Shown here: positions 13,143-26,024 of the stretch, piece after piece
Layout: every line of letters starts with the position of its first letter
How positions within the stretch are numbered: the stretch's first letter is position 1
DNA from: Macrostomum hystrix
Lineage: Eukaryota; Animalia; Platyhelminthes
Assembly: GCA_950097015.1 (NCBI GenBank)
Contig: CATNEN010000014.1
Location: 1,364,001-1,428,000 of the forward strand
DNA: 64,000 bases
Direction of reading: 5' to 3'
Position numbers and translations under genes: made by a program
Notes under the pieces: generated by a model
The model's database searches: none
Told to the model about the DNA's origin: nothing
What the model saw: only the letters and a program-made list of their open reading frames with translations

Positions 13143-13560
13143 ATGCGTCCAAAAGTTTTCTTAATGTGTCCAACCATTTTCTTTATGTGTCCAAAGGTTT
13201 TCTAAATGTGTCCAAAGGTTTTCTAAATGTGTCCAAAGGTTTTCTAAATGTGTCCAACAGTTTTATAAATGTGACCAACAGTTTTATTATTTGTGTCCAA
13301 CAGTTTTATAAATTAATGTGACCAAAAGTTTTATAATTTGTGTCCAACAGTTTTATAAATGTGTCCAACAGTTTTATAAATTTGTCCAACAGTTTTATAA
13401 ATGTGTCCAACAGTTTTATAAATGTGTCCAACAGTTTTATAAATGTGTCCAACAGTTTTATAAATGTGTCCAACAGTTTTATAAATGTGTCCAACAGTTT
13501 TATAAATGTGTCCAACAGTTTTATAAATGTGTCCAAAAGTTTTCCTAAATGTGTCCATTA
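13143..13560. repeat. 21-bp minisatellite
   Basis: Unit aaatgtgtccaacagttttat. Confidence 0.95.
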
Positions 13561-13904
13561 GTTGCCTGCTATAGGGGTGTCATAAAATAGCTGCTAAAGG
13601 GGTGTCATAAAGTGTTGTCATTAGTTATCTGCCACTAAACGGGGTCATAGGTTACCTGCTAAATGTGTCATTAGTTCTTTGCTAAAGGAAGACGTTCGTT
13701 GCCTGCTTCGGGGCATTCATTACCTGCTGAGGGACTTTGGTCGACATCCTTGCGTAGCAGTTTGTGTAAATCTTTCTCAATTGTTCCTGGCGTACTTATT
13801 TTTATTTTTCTTGTTTTAAATTTAAATACTTAAAACGTGTTATTGGAAAATTACCTTTCTGGTAAAAGAGGACATTCTTCTCTGCTGAAGGGGATCATCG
13901 GCCA

Positions 13905-14098
13905 CCTGCTTAAGGCATTGGTTACCTGCTTAACGCTTTGGTAACCTGCTTAAGGCTTTGATTACCTGCTTAAGGCATTGGTAACCTGCTTAAGGCATTG
14001 GTTACCTGCTTAACGCTTTGGTAACCTGCTTAAGGCTTTGTTTACCCGCTTAAGGCATTGGTAACCTGCTTAAGGCATTGGTTACCTGGTTAAGGCAT
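13905..14098. repeat. 20-bp minisatellite
   Basis: Unit ggtaacctgcttaaggcatt. Confidence 0.9.
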
Positions 14099-14912
14099 TC
14101 GTTCTTTGCTAAAGGGAGACATTGATTGAATCCTGCGAAGGGATATTGGTTGACTGCTGGGAAATATTTGTTGCCTGCTGGGCTGAGTAAAATCGTTTCT
14201 CTGCTATATGGGGGCAATGGTTTCCTGTAAAAAAGGGACAAAAATTTTGTGCTGCCGGTTTCGTAGCCTGCTATTATGGTGGTTCTCTTCTGTTTGGAGG
14301 TAATTGGTTACTTGCTGCTGGGGGAACAATAATGGGGAATCGATGTCAACTGGGGGATCATTGTCAACTGGGGGATCTTTGTAGCTTAAAAAAGCTGAAA
14401 ATTCAGCTGCTAAAAAATAAATACTAGACGAATTAAAGATATTCTTGCTCCCCGAAAGGGGGCCAAACTTGCTAGTCTAATATACTAAAAATAAAATCTT
14501 GCTTGGTCGCTTGTAATTGATTTTCTCCCGAACGGCTCAACTGATTTTCAACATTTCTTCACCAAAAGATGCCAAATATGGGGACAATTATACACGTCTT
14601 TTTATTATGCTTAACTTCATTGATAATGGGATTAAATTTTCGAGAAACTGTTTCAGATAGGATTTTTTTATATGCTGCTGTGGGGATTTACTTCTCTGTT
14701 TCTGAGGGGGGATTATTTCTCTGCTGCTGGGAGGCAATTAGTTTTGTGCTACTGGGGGATTGTTTTCTGCTGCTGAGGGAATTCTTTCTTTGGTTCTGGA
14801 CAGACATTTGTTATTTACTGCCGGGGGGACATTGGTTATTTGCAACTGAGGGGACTTTAGTTCTCTGCTACTGCTGTCTATTCGAATATGGATATCCTGT
14901 CTTTACTTAATT

Positions 14913-15305
14913 TGAAATTAAATGTTTACTAAAACCTATATTTTAGTCAGTTGTGATTCAGCTAGAGAGTTAGTCGCAGCCTGACGTACTGACTGAGCTG
15001 CTGGGTGCGCCCGACCGGCAGACGCAGCGAGGAGGCGGAGGAACCGCACATTTCGCTAGCCCCTGGCGACCAACGGCTCGCAAACAAGGCTGCGCACCTC
15101 AGGGGATCCCTGAATGAATAAAACCTAATATTCATAAAGACTACAGGGAAATACTCAAATGAAGAGTCTCAGTCCCAAATAAACGGGGGTCGGTGGAAGA
15201 GCGGATATCGCGTTTGCCTCTCGCACCATAGTCCCTAAGTTCGATTCCACGGCGAGGCCACATTTATTTGGGGCGCAGTCGCGGAGAGAAGTCTTGGGGC
15301 TTTGA
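14913..15305 (+). mobile_element. Inverted copy of the SINE-like repeat at ~11087-11505
   Basis: Reverse complement of ~11087-11503. The tRNA-like segment 15185-15260 has the B-box agttcgattcc. Confidence 0.75.
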
Positions 15306-16037
15306 CAGGTATATATATTATTTCACAATTACATATTGTCAAACATTGTCTTGACTTTGATATTTTCATCTAGCTCCGAAGAGAAGTACGTTTATTATTT
15401 TGCAGAAGGACCCTTAATTATTATTCTGGTAAAGTTTCAGCATCAGGTTTTTAATGATTTTTTCTTCTACTCTTCTATCATCAACAGTTGAAACTTTAAA
15501 TTGTTAATTTGATTTATTTGGCTTTTTGGTTTCGGGTATAAATTGTGAGCACTTTCGATTAGTTACTGTCGAAGCGTATATTTGCTTGCTTTTTTATCGC
15601 TCTTCTGCCAATAAAAAAAAACTTTGAGTGCAGCAGCAAGTGATATTCGATACAAAACTGAGAAAATAATTTTCGAGCATATAGCTGCCATATGTAATTA
15701 TATTCAGAATATATTTTAACATTTTTTCGTGCAACGCGCCTTATAGCGTTTTTGTTTCAAAACTTCGTGAAGACTGATCAATCATGTCGAGCTGTTAGCG
15801 TTTTATACGAGCTATTTTCAAAACGAAAGAAAAGTGAATTCCTGAAATTCTTGTTATATTCAAAACTAGGATTACTTCAAAACTAGTTAGTAAGAAGACT
15901 GCAGTCTTTTACGTTGGGGCGAACAGCGTGGGGGTAGAGGCAAGGTAATGGTGCAGCCTAAATTTACAATAGATCTGTAGCGACTTCGTATCGCCCCGCG
16001 TTGCCGCTTTCCTGCTTCGCTCTCCCAGCTCCCGCTC

Positions 16038-16079
16038 CGATATATATATCTATATATATATATATGTATATATATATAA
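16038..16079. repeat. (AT)n microsatellite
   Basis: Directly visible. Confidence 0.9.
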
Positions 16080-19000
16080 AAACTTTAAAGAACAAAGAGC
16101 AGACAATAAACTTGCTTACATTGTTATCCTGTAATAAAATGAATGTCCTAGCTGGAGCGTGAGGTATTTAAAGCTAGCGACTATTCACTATTCACCGGGG
16201 TCGGTGTCCTACCAATCGTTTCAATAGCAGCAGGGAAATCTGGAATTAAATAGCGTTAGAGACTGGTAGCGAGCGAAGTGGAATAGATAAGCGATGAGAC
16301 CCGTGTGTCGTCCTCCGGCCCGGCGAAACTCCCAATGAAAAAGAATAACACAGTATGAACGCGAAGACTCGAATAATTTGATTAGGAGTGAGTTAATTGG
16401 CTGTGACTATAAGATTCCAGATACGAATAGGAATTACTTTGAATATAGTTTACTTGACTTAAAAGTTATACTGACAGAATAGATGTTCACACGGAAATAA
16501 ATTATAGCGTGCTCACAGTGAGAAGCAAGTCTGCATGGTCTAACAATTTGGATATAACAATTTTACTTAACTGGCCTACATCCGCGCCCTACTCTTCCCG
16601 AGAGGCTCCGGTTGTCTCTGCTTTCAGCGCTGCCCCGACAGATCCTATCGGTTGGCACTCCTTCTGCCTGACGGCGGAGTCTCCGAAGAGAGCACGTACT
16701 GACTTCGACAACAAGCGCCTATCTAGACCACCCTTGTCAGCGGCGCACTCTCAAGACGCGTAGCGCCGAAAGCTACCTAACTGAACAAGCGGAGCGTGGT
16801 CGGGCGGGGAGGGACAAAACAAGTGGACTAGTTTGCACGTGCTTCTCACAGTGTGAGGCGAATTGCGAAGAAAAAGATAATTTGGACTACAAAAACACGC
16901 TTCGTTATATAGAGTCATTTTAACCCCAAATTAGGTCGATCGGCGAGGTGGATGCCTGGCTGTAGCTTGAGCCAAGGCGACAAATCACAGTAGACTTGCG
17001 ACCGCCGTTCTGAGCCCCGGGGTCGCTTCTTGCCGAGCGTAGACAGGTAGTGAGGCCGGGTCGCTCGCTGATTGGCCGGGACCGTAGCCCAGGGGTAGCG
17101 CTCGCGGGGTGGTGGGCGTCCGTTCCCCCAGCTGGTCCGGCCCGGCTTGGCGTGGGTGAACTCTTAGCAAAATACACGTGTCTAAAAATAAGTACTGAAT
17201 AATAACACGGGCAAACAAGCTGACACTACAATCCATTTATTATAAGCTTTGGCAATTGGTACAACCAAAGATAAAATATAGAAAAACGATGTTGCAAAGG
17301 CAAGTTGCAACATAAATGCAATGCTCCAGCAAAATACAAAACACACAGACAAACACATTAAACAGTCAAAGAAGCAGTAAGTAAAATGCAACACTTACAA
17401 GTAACATGTATGCCATTGATCAGCATACATTATGATGCAGAAAAGAATAATTGGAAACATACAGTACTTTGAAAACTTAAAACATTAAGGCAAAAAGTTG
17501 AACACTTTATTTATATGATACAAACATGTAGAAATCAGAATATGTTTATATATTTATATCATAGCTTTATAGATATAGTCGGCTTGCATGATACATCTTT
17601 CATGGTGTTGCAGGCTGCCATTATAAGAATGGAATGGGTGGAATTAATGAATGGAATTGGTGGATTTTTCCACTTTTCACTTGTCATTTATCTGAGTGAA
17701 CATATTTTGCCAATGTAAAAGTGACCTTATTTAATGCAGTTAAGCATTACCCTAATTAAATGTGTACAGGATCAAATATGGGTAATAAGCAAAGATACAA
17801 TTAGCAGACATTAAAAAGTAACTAAATAAAAATAATTGCACTGCGAGATTGGATTTTGAATTCGAGGCGACCGCGTTCCAGCAACAATGTAGAAATAAAA
17901 CATTTAATCAACAAAAACTCGTGCGCTAAAAGTGAATACAACATAAAGGGATTTCTACTCACTGCTATATTCTTTCCTGCATTTAGATGCACAAAAAATG
18001 CACAAACTGAATATGCACTTGTTTTAATAAAAGCTATTCAAAAATCTCGACGCAAGCATTTTCTGCAAGGCGGTCGGTTTATCAATGAAAAAACTAAAAA
18101 AGTAGCAATCATTTAGGATTTTATCATCAAAATGAAAACCGTTTGCCAAACGGGAAGCAACCACAAAAAGTTGAACTACCACAGATACTGTTTATCATCA
18201 TCGGAACTTGCAAAATCTTTCAATAGCAAATAACGGATGCTTCAAAAATGATAGTGTCCAAAATTTGTACCCCTTACCTTCATGTACTCAATAGGATCCA
18301 GACACAACACACGTTAACCAATCTAGCCGTGTGACATGTCGTTGGAATGTAGACAACATTCCGCGTCGATTGAAGCCATCCGCGCTCAAATCCATCAGGA
18401 ATTCGCAGACTTATACACAAAAGTACACAGAAATAATGTACATGCTGTGCATAATTACATTTTCAGGTACTAATCTTACCAGGTAATACGTGTAGCGACG
18501 GCAGTATTTTTCCCATATACCCACATGGGATGTGCATCTTTCAATACCAAGCTCAAGGAGTATTACGCCCTTTTCGCCTCCAGCCGTAGGTTTGAGCACA
18601 GCAAGGTCTGCACCGGTCCATCTTTTGCACTTTTGGAAATTGAAAAATCGCTTTCCTGCCTCGCCTGGGCCAAGCATGCCCGCAACTTTTGTGTCTCAAC
18701 TTTTCTCCGTGCCATAAAAAATGTGCGCTGGAAATGAGTTTGCGTAAAATCGATTTCCAAAAAATGGGCAGTTTTCCGTTGCCATGGCAACCAACCGCCA
18801 TAAATCGGATAACCCTATATGTTACCTACCCAACGACACCACCCGCGAGGCAAACGGTTGAGGCAGTCTCAAATGGCGCCCAATATACCTTGAAAATGCG
18901 TGATTTTCGAGGTGTTTTCTATCTCACTACGTACGCTGGATCTTAGGTGGGGCTCACTCCGATTTCGCCCGTCGGCCCCTGCCAGGGCCTCGGTGCTCGG

Positions 19001-19918
19001 CGCTTCGCGCCTCGCGGCTCAATACTACGTTCGCCCCCAACTAGCTATTCATAGCAGGCATTATTCTTTTTTTAAATTAGTTGTTTTTAGCAGGGAAGCA
19101 ATCATTTTGAAAGCATAATAATTCAAAGGAAAACATGAAATAAAATATAATAGCGCAAGATTTCAACGGATGGCGTACATGAGATAACAAGAAAATTCAT
19201 GTAATTTTTGGGGTTAGGCATTAGATACATAAGGAATATCTTGATTTCTTGAAGAGATAGCATGGATTTCCAGGATTTCCGGGAACAAACGGAATACTTC
19301 AAGGGTGTCGAGTTAGACTATAAACTAAGTTAAATGAGAATAAGTAAGTTATGTATTATTTGCCTTTGAACAGAAAAGAGCGAGAGATCGTCTCATGGCT
19401 GCGCGGGACCTGTTTGAGCGGGCTGCAACGAGGGCCATAGACCAAACAAATAGCACAGTAAATAACGATAGAAGAAAAGGACACAGATGGATTAAAGAGC
19501 TGGTTGAACTGAGAAATTAAAAGACCGCAAAACAAGTGCGATAAATGGAGGATGAAATCCGACACGCTCTGGGGGCGTCATAGCAGATAAAAGTGCAAAA
19601 GTCGAAGCATTTAGTGGATTTTAGTAATTTTTGTTGTACGTCTAGACAACATCACGTTAGTATCAAAGATGCCATCACGGATTTTTTATGACGGAGGGCC
19701 CGGCAGTCGCGGTCTGATTGTCTGATCGACGAGTCGGCAGATGGGTCGTTAAACAGGTTGTCGTTCGAACCGGACGAGTGGACAGGCTGCAACTGGGTCA
19801 GCGGCCGGGCTCCTGGGCGGGGCAGGCAGCTGAGCCGGTGGGTTAACCACCGGCTTGGTGGGAGGACGATTCGTTGAGTTGGCAAGCGTCGACATCGGAC
19901 TCCAGGGGAACTAGATGA

Positions 19919-21340
19919 CTAGATGACTAGGGGCATAGACCGGCGGACCATGTGACCGGAAGCGGTGCGGAGGGTGACGTATCGGATGACGCGAGCGGGA
20001 TCTGGGTAGAGTTGGACGATCCGACACAGCCTCCAGGTGGCCTGACGCGTCGGCTCGGCGAGGAGGCAAGCCTGGCCGGGCTGAAGATTTTGGGTGGGAG
20101 ATCGCGTTTTGTTGCGGCGTCGTTTCTGCAGATGGACCGAGCGTAGATGGCTGAGGTATTCACGGCTCCATCGGTTCCAGAATTCGTTCAGGATGGTTTC
20201 ACGACGGCGGTGGAGGGCTCGAAGACGGTCAGCGGTTGGGGAGCCAGCATGGAGGAGCTTGTCGTTGAGGGCCGGAAGCATGTGGTGAGGACCGACACAG
20301 AGGAGGTCAGCTGGAGTCAGCGGTGACGGGTCTGCTGGGTCGCTGGAGACGGTAGTCAGTGGCCGGCAATTGAGGATGGCTTTGATCTTGACGAAAAGAG
20401 TGTGGAGCTCCTCGTCTGAGATTTGCTTGCGCAAAAAGGCAGGACGTAGGCTGGACTTGGTCAGCGCGACGTTTGACTGCTCCTTTGACTGCTTGACTGC
20501 AGTTTGACTGCAGTTTGACTGCTCCTTGATGCCACGGGGCGCGGACTGGAACGAGTTTGAATTCAAGGGGCCGTTGTGCGGCCATCGGTTGGAAGTCGGC
20601 GTGTGCAGCTTCCTCTAAAACGCGGTACCAATGTGGTTCGTCAGAAACTCGCTAGCTGCTTGAAAAGCAGTGGCCCGGTCCAGAGAGATAGTGCATTTTG
20701 TGAGGCCGCGACGGCTCAAGAAGCGCTCGAATGCGTGAATGATATCGTTAGCGGAGTAGTCTTAGAGGACCTCGATGTGAACTGCGCGGGTCGTACAGCA
20801 GGTAATGAGAAGGTGAAGACGGGACCAAGTTGGTCGACAAGCACAAATTAGCAAAAGGCCCGGCTTCGATTTTGAGGCGCTATTTGGGCAGTGGGCCGTG
20901 TGGGTGTGGTGAACCTTTTGCAAGGCGACACTGGATGCAGCTGGCGAGGGTGTCGCGGACAGTGAGGAGCCCTTTCGGGATCCAGTATTTCTCGCGGAGC
21001 ATGGCGAGAACGTTAGAAGCACCGGCGTGGCAGTTTTCACGGTGGATGAGCAGGGCGAGTAGCCGTGTCAGGCGATGGTCGGGTGGCAGCAACAGCGGGT
21101 ACTTGGAACCCTCGTCCATGGAGGCATTGGAAAAACGGCTACCAAGGCGAAGGAGACCGTCGGAGAGGTGCAGGTCCATCTGGGGGATCCGTAGCTGAAT
21201 ATCGGGTGAAAGGCGCTGCGCAGCTGAGCTCCGCTAAGGTGGCGGAAGTTCTCATGACGTTACAGCTGAATCCGCTGTTGACCAGCACGACGTTTAGCTT
21301 AGTGTGGTGCGAAGAAAACGTAAGGCCCCAGCCGGCCAAG
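19919..21340 (-). pseudogene. BEL/Pao LTR-retrotransposon integrase remnant (H2C2 zinc finger, catalytic core, C-terminal domain) with frameshifts and stops
   Basis: Peptides YPLLLPPDHRLTRLL..IHRENCHAG..LREKYWIPKG..VRDTLASCIQCR; TCCTTRAVHIEVL*; FLSRRGL; PVRAPWH; AILNCRPLT; LTPADLL; FWNRWSREYLSHL. These are characteristic BEL/Pao pol motifs. Confidence 0.9.
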
Positions 21341-21616
21341 CATGCGTCATTTTATTAGAGCAAACCGGGGGGTGGTGCAACTATCGATTGGCATATCGAC
21401 GTACATATCGCAAGCAGATAATTGGTTGGGCCAATGCACGCGGTTCTAGGCACAGCTAGCCAACATTCCGAGCACACATGTTAGATTAGAATATTACACT
21501 ATCCTACCCAAGATGCTAATCATGATTTTAAGCGGAAAAAGATAACCTCGCTTTAAAGCCATGAAAAAGAAAAATCAGAAAAAATATGCGACCTATTTTA
21601 ACTTATTTCAAAACAT

Positions 21617-21822
21617 ATCCCCTGAACCCAATAGACCATGCTAGCACTTTGATATATTTTAATATCCATTGACAAAGCTTGATATCCCCTCAACCCAATA
21701 GACCATGCTAGCACTTTGATATATTATAATATCCATTGACAAAGCTTGATATCCCCTCAACCCAATAGACCATGCTAGCACTTTGATATATTATAATATC
21801 CATTGACAAAGCTGGATATCCC
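21617..21822. repeat. 67-bp tandem repeat (~3 copies)
   Basis: aacccaatagaccatgctagcactttgatata... recurs at 21625, 21692 and 21759. Confidence 0.9.
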
Positions 21823-22189
21823 CTCGACACTTTATGCTACCCCTCATTTTATGCTTCACTTTGATATTTCATGCTACCCCTTGATAATTCATACGATCCC
21901 ACTCGTTAATAAATGCTTTCTAACTGATAATTCATGCTTCCTCCCTGATGATTTATCCTTCCTCGTTGATAACTACTGCTGTTTAACTTTAACATTTTTC
22001 ATTATTTTTTCCTCTAAAGGGGTCTTGGTTGCTAGCAAATATGCAAAAAATGAAAATCTTGCTTGTTTCAAGGCTGAGCTGGCTTCTGTTATCAGTGCCG
22101 CACTGAGAGATCTATTAATTTCATTTGTTGAATTGCATTCAACTAGAATAGCACACTAAGAGGCTAAACGCTGGACGGGCTCACCTCCA

Positions 22190-22610
22190 GCTTCCTGACC
22201 ATCTGTCTCCTCAGCTGCACTGGGAAGCTGGCCGAGCGCTAGGTGAAACTGGCGTTCTTCATCGAGAGCAACAACTGCCTGCATGCAAGCCGGCTTCCGA
22301 GGACCAAGGAACAGGTGGCGGCGCTACCAAGTACATCGCGGACCGCTTCGAGACGAAAAAGCCGGCGAACCGGACCGCTTCTCTGCTCGCGGACGTCTCC
22401 AAAGCGCATGAACTCCGCCTGTGGAGAGCCGCCCAGATCGCCAAGCTCGTACACAACTACACAAGGGCGTGTCAGTCTGCTTCATCTGCTGTGTCCGCGG
22501 TCTATTGACGGACCGTAGAACCTACGTCCGCTGGTGCGGCGCGACGGACAGGATGCTGACTTTCTCTGACGGGCTTCCTCAGGGATCAGTTCCGCCGTAG
22601 CCGGCGCTGC
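22190..22610 (+). pseudogene. Non-LTR (LINE, I/Jockey-like) reverse transcriptase fragment
   Basis: Hand translation across frameshifts: FLTICLLSCTGKLAER*VKLAFFIESNNCLH; LLADVSKA; LTDRRTYVRWCG..TFSDGLPQGSVP (RT motif G(L/V)PQGS). Confidence 0.8.
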
Positions 22611-22647
22611 CAACCTTGTTCGAGCGGGCACTCCGGCAACGCCAGAA

Positions 22648-22845
22648 AACTTAGGGACCGTGGTGCGAGAGGCAAACGCGATAACCGCTCTTCCACCGAC
22701 CCCCATTCACTTAAGTAAGTTAAGACGGTCTAATTGAGTGGGCTGAGACTCTTCATTTGAGTATTTCCCTCTAATCTTTATGAATATTAAGTTTTATTCA
22801 TTCAGGGATCCCTGAGGGGCACTGCCTTGTTTGCGAGCCGTTGGT
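22648..22845 (-). mobile_element. Third partial copy of the SINE-like repeat, next to the LINE fragment
   Basis: cttagggaccgtggtgc...cttccaccgacccc...gagactcttcattt matches 11153-11345. Confidence 0.75.
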
Positions 22846-23079
22846 ATTTTTTTCTTTGCTTTTCTTTTCCCACTTAAAATCATGATTCGAATGATTTTGG
22901 ATGGCATAGCATGAGTAATTAGGAGTGTATTATAAAGTTTTTCCCTGACAGCATAAATTATCGAGAAAACAGCAAGTATTTGTCCAGAACCTTCATCAAA
23001 TGTTGAGAGTAGCATGATTTATTGTGGGGCTAGCATTATCGTTGGGTAGTGTTTGCTAATATATAATAGTATATCCTTA

Positions 23080-23420
23080 TTCCTCGGTCCTCATTCAGTC
23101 ACACCCTCAGGCCTCATTCAGTCACTACCTCAGGCCTCACTCAGTCACTCCATCAGGCCTCATTCAGTCTCTCCCTCAGCCCCCATTCAGTCAATCCATC
23201 AGCCCCCATTCAGTTACTCTCTCAAGCCTCATTCAGTCACTCCCTCAGCCCTCATTCAGTCACTCCCCCAGCCCTCATTCAGTCACTCCCTCAGGCCTCA
23301 TTCATTCACTCCCTCAGGCCTCACCCAGTTACTCCCTCAGGCCTCATTCAGTCACTCCCTCAGGCCTCATTCAGTCACTCCCTCAGGCCTCATTCAGTCA
23401 CTCCCTCAGGCCTCATTCAG
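23080..23420. repeat. 23-bp minisatellite
   Basis: Unit cctcaggcctcattcagtcactc. Confidence 0.9.
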
Positions 23421-23791
23421 TAAGGAATATGTATTTGTTTGCTTATTTGCAGTAAAGTGCGTCATTGGATATTTATTAGCCCGTTTGTGTCTAAGTTTGA
23501 TTATTCTCTGTACATGCAGCAGCGGCTCAGTTGATTTGCGCGAACCTTTGCAGCGCCTCTCACTCTGATTACTTAAGATGGGCAGTAGCAAAAGTTTATT
23601 TAAAAAATCGCAAAATGGGAAGGCGAAAATCTAATCTTACCTGACATGCAGAAGAAATTTGCGCTCGTAATTAAAACATCTTAGTAAAATAAAAGAAATC
23701 TGACCTACTTTAGCTACATATACTACATATACTAGTGAATAGTAGTGCGTCTGTTCACATTCAGAAAATATCGATCAGCGCCGGGGCAGGA

Positions 23792-24193
23792 TCAGCAGTC
23801 GCCAGCTTGCTGCTGCTCATCCAGCAGCTTGAGCTCGGCGTCGGCCTCCAGAAACATTGGCTCCTGGCCGCACAGCTCTCGGTGCTGCTCCAGCAGGCTG
23901 TGCAGCTTCAGCCTGGCTGCCGCCAAGCGATGCTCAGTGTCCGGCACCATCATCTGCGACTCGCGCAGAACCTCCTGGCGCTTGTGCAGCCGGTGCTCGG
24001 CGTCATCAGCGTCCACGGCGTTGCCGATGTCCGGCGCCCCCGACTTCAACGCCTCCAGCTGGGCCTGAAGGCTGGCAGATTCAGCCTTGTACACCTGCAG
24101 CTCCTTTACCAGGCGGCGAATCACACCTGTGTAGATGCGCACCTGCTTCAGGGCGGCAGCTACCATCGGCGATGGGGTGGAAGTCAGAGACAT
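23792..24193 (-). CDS. TBCA: Tubulin-specific chaperone A (cofactor A), intronless, divergent
   Basis: LKQVRIYTGVIRRLVKE...KRQEVLRESQMMVPDTEHRLAAARLKL matches the TBCA pattern (QIKIKTGVVKRLVKE...KQAEILQESRMMIPDCQRRL). Likely start is the ATG at 24193 (133 aa) within ORF 23792..24259. Confidence 0.85.
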   Translation of the reverse strand: MSLTSTPSPMVAAALKQVRIYTGVIRRLVKELQVYKAESASLQAQLEALKSGAPDIGNAVDADDAEHRLHKRQEVLRESQMMVPDTEHRLAAARLKLHSLLEQHRELCGQEPMFLEADAELKLLDEQQQAGDC

Positions 24194-24491
24194 CGTGGAG
24201 TCCAGTTGCTGCTGCTGTTGCTTCTTATTTAAATAAGCTTTTGGCTGTCCCTTTGACAATTTTAACTATTTTACTCTCTTCCTCTGCTAAAGATATCTCC
24301 TTGTATTTCAATCCAAAGCCTAGACTGTTGCGTTCTAGACGAGTTGGCAGAAAACAATAGTCTATGGCCGCTAGAGGTGCCTCTTCTGTTAGCAAAAAAT
24401 AAAAGTGCACTGTAAGCTTTTTCTCATGGACATCTATATGCAACACCTGGACTGAAAGCCGGAAAAAACTCGCGATTGTTTTACCTGATGA

Positions 24492-24655
24492 GGCTGAGTA
24501 CAGCGTGTTTAGCTGAGTACAGTGTGTTTAGCTGAGTACACTGTGTTTAGCTGAGTACAGCATGTTTAGCTGAGTACAGCGTGTTTAGCTGAGTACAGTG
24601 TGTTTAGCTGAGTAAAGCGTGTTTAGCTGAGTACAGCGTGTTTAGCTGAGTACAG
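24492..24655. repeat. 19-bp minisatellite
   Basis: Unit agctgagtacagcgtgttt. Confidence 0.9.
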
Positions 24656-25249
24656 CGGCTCAGAAAATTTGCGCTTACTCTTGAGACGTCACACATCTCA
24701 GTGCGCTACCATGCCAGCCACGCAGATCGAATTTGGTGGAAAACAATGGGATAGCGAAGCTTGCCAGCCAACGTTTGCCAGCGAGACATTAGCCAGCCGA
24801 ACTTTGCCCCTCAGATCAAGCAGAGATGGCAAACTTCGTAGAACCCGAAAACAATATCGAGATGACCATGCTTTTCAACCCATACATTCAAGAATTACGA
24901 TTAGGAACTTTTACCACAATTTTTTTCTATCCCGCCCTGACCTCCGCAACCGCGTCAGGCCGATCGGCACTTTCAGGATAACAGCAGAAAGACCACGTAT
25001 GTATTAAAAAATACTTTTTTCTTTTCTTTTGTCTGTATCTCCGAAAATATTCAACATATACTATGAAAAGCCATGAAAATCGCGAACACTCTATTCGATG
25101 TAACGACTTTCAAAATCACAAAGCATCGGCATCAACAAGATATTCAACGATTCTCGTCGAAAACTTATGCGAGAATCGAAAAAATTTTCTGCTCACAAAA
25201 TTTCATTACGTAACTATGACGGCTACTATTGCTGCTTTTATATTAGACG

Positions 25250-25325
25250 GGGGCGAGTGGCTCAGCGGCTAGCGTCGCTGCCTCGCACTCCAATGGACGC
25301 TAGTTCGATTCCCCCTTCAAGTCAC
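25250..25325 (+). repeat. tRNA-derived SINE-like head
   Basis: gagtggctcagcgg (A box)...agttcgattcc (B box), with no clean cloverleaf or acceptor stem. Confidence 0.45.
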
Positions 25326-26024
25326 GATTAATTTCGGTTTAGACAGTAGCGACCGGCGGAGGTGCACCATATTTCGTGCAATCAAAGCTTGAAATAATAG
25401 CTTCGCTCCTTGTGCCTGTTCTGCGTTGTGTGAGTTATTTGCGTTGGCGCTGGGGCGTGAGGCCTTGCGGGGTGGCTGGGGGGGACGGGTGTACACCGCC
25501 GCGCGCTTTCTGGATTTCCGTCAGCGCGATTGGATAAGTGTACACTCATCACCCGGTCCCCGCTGAGGACTGATTTCTTATCAGCCTTCCGCCCCGGCTT
25601 GGTCTGCTCTGTGCGTGTGGGTGTAGGTGTGGGGGGCACTGCTGCCTATTCTGGGTGCCTCCTGCCCTCCCCAGCTGGTCTGTGCTGCCGTGTGTGGTGC
25701 CTGCTCAGGGGGGTTTGTATGACGCCAGAATGAGAAATTACGCATGAGATATATGCGTAAAAACCAAGATCCATGCTTGCGTAAAAACTGAATTAAAAAA
25801 ATAGTGTATATTTAAGCACTGCAAAACAAAGACAGAATTTAAGTTCTAATCGCAAAAAGCAGAACAAAATCTGAAAAACTACTGCCAATAGTCTTGGTAC
25901 ATATCTTTTTAATTGTACCAACTAACAATAACTTTTTAATCTTAAAATCAAAATATTAACACACCAAAAGTGTGGGTAAAGATGTGAAAAAGCTGTATAT
26001 ACATGTAAGACTGCGAATGAGGCC

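Noticed and set aside
12995-13561. Repetitive ORFs (FIKLLDT, NVSNSFI)
   Set aside because: Translations of the 21-bp minisatellite in several frames with no coding context.
15185-15260. Functional tRNA genes here and at 11132-11207 and 25250-25325
   Set aside because: A/B boxes are present but there is no proper acceptor stem or cloverleaf, and they are embedded in dispersed repeats, so SINE-like.
18960-19055. Helitron 3' end (ggcgc-ttc-gcgcc hairpin followed by CTAG)
   Set aside because: CTAG is not followed by T, the hairpin spacing is atypical, and no 5' TC end or Rep/helicase was found.
19367-19564. 3' LTR of the BEL/Pao remnant (TG...CA bounded)
   Set aside because: No polypurine tract next to it and no second copy to confirm it.
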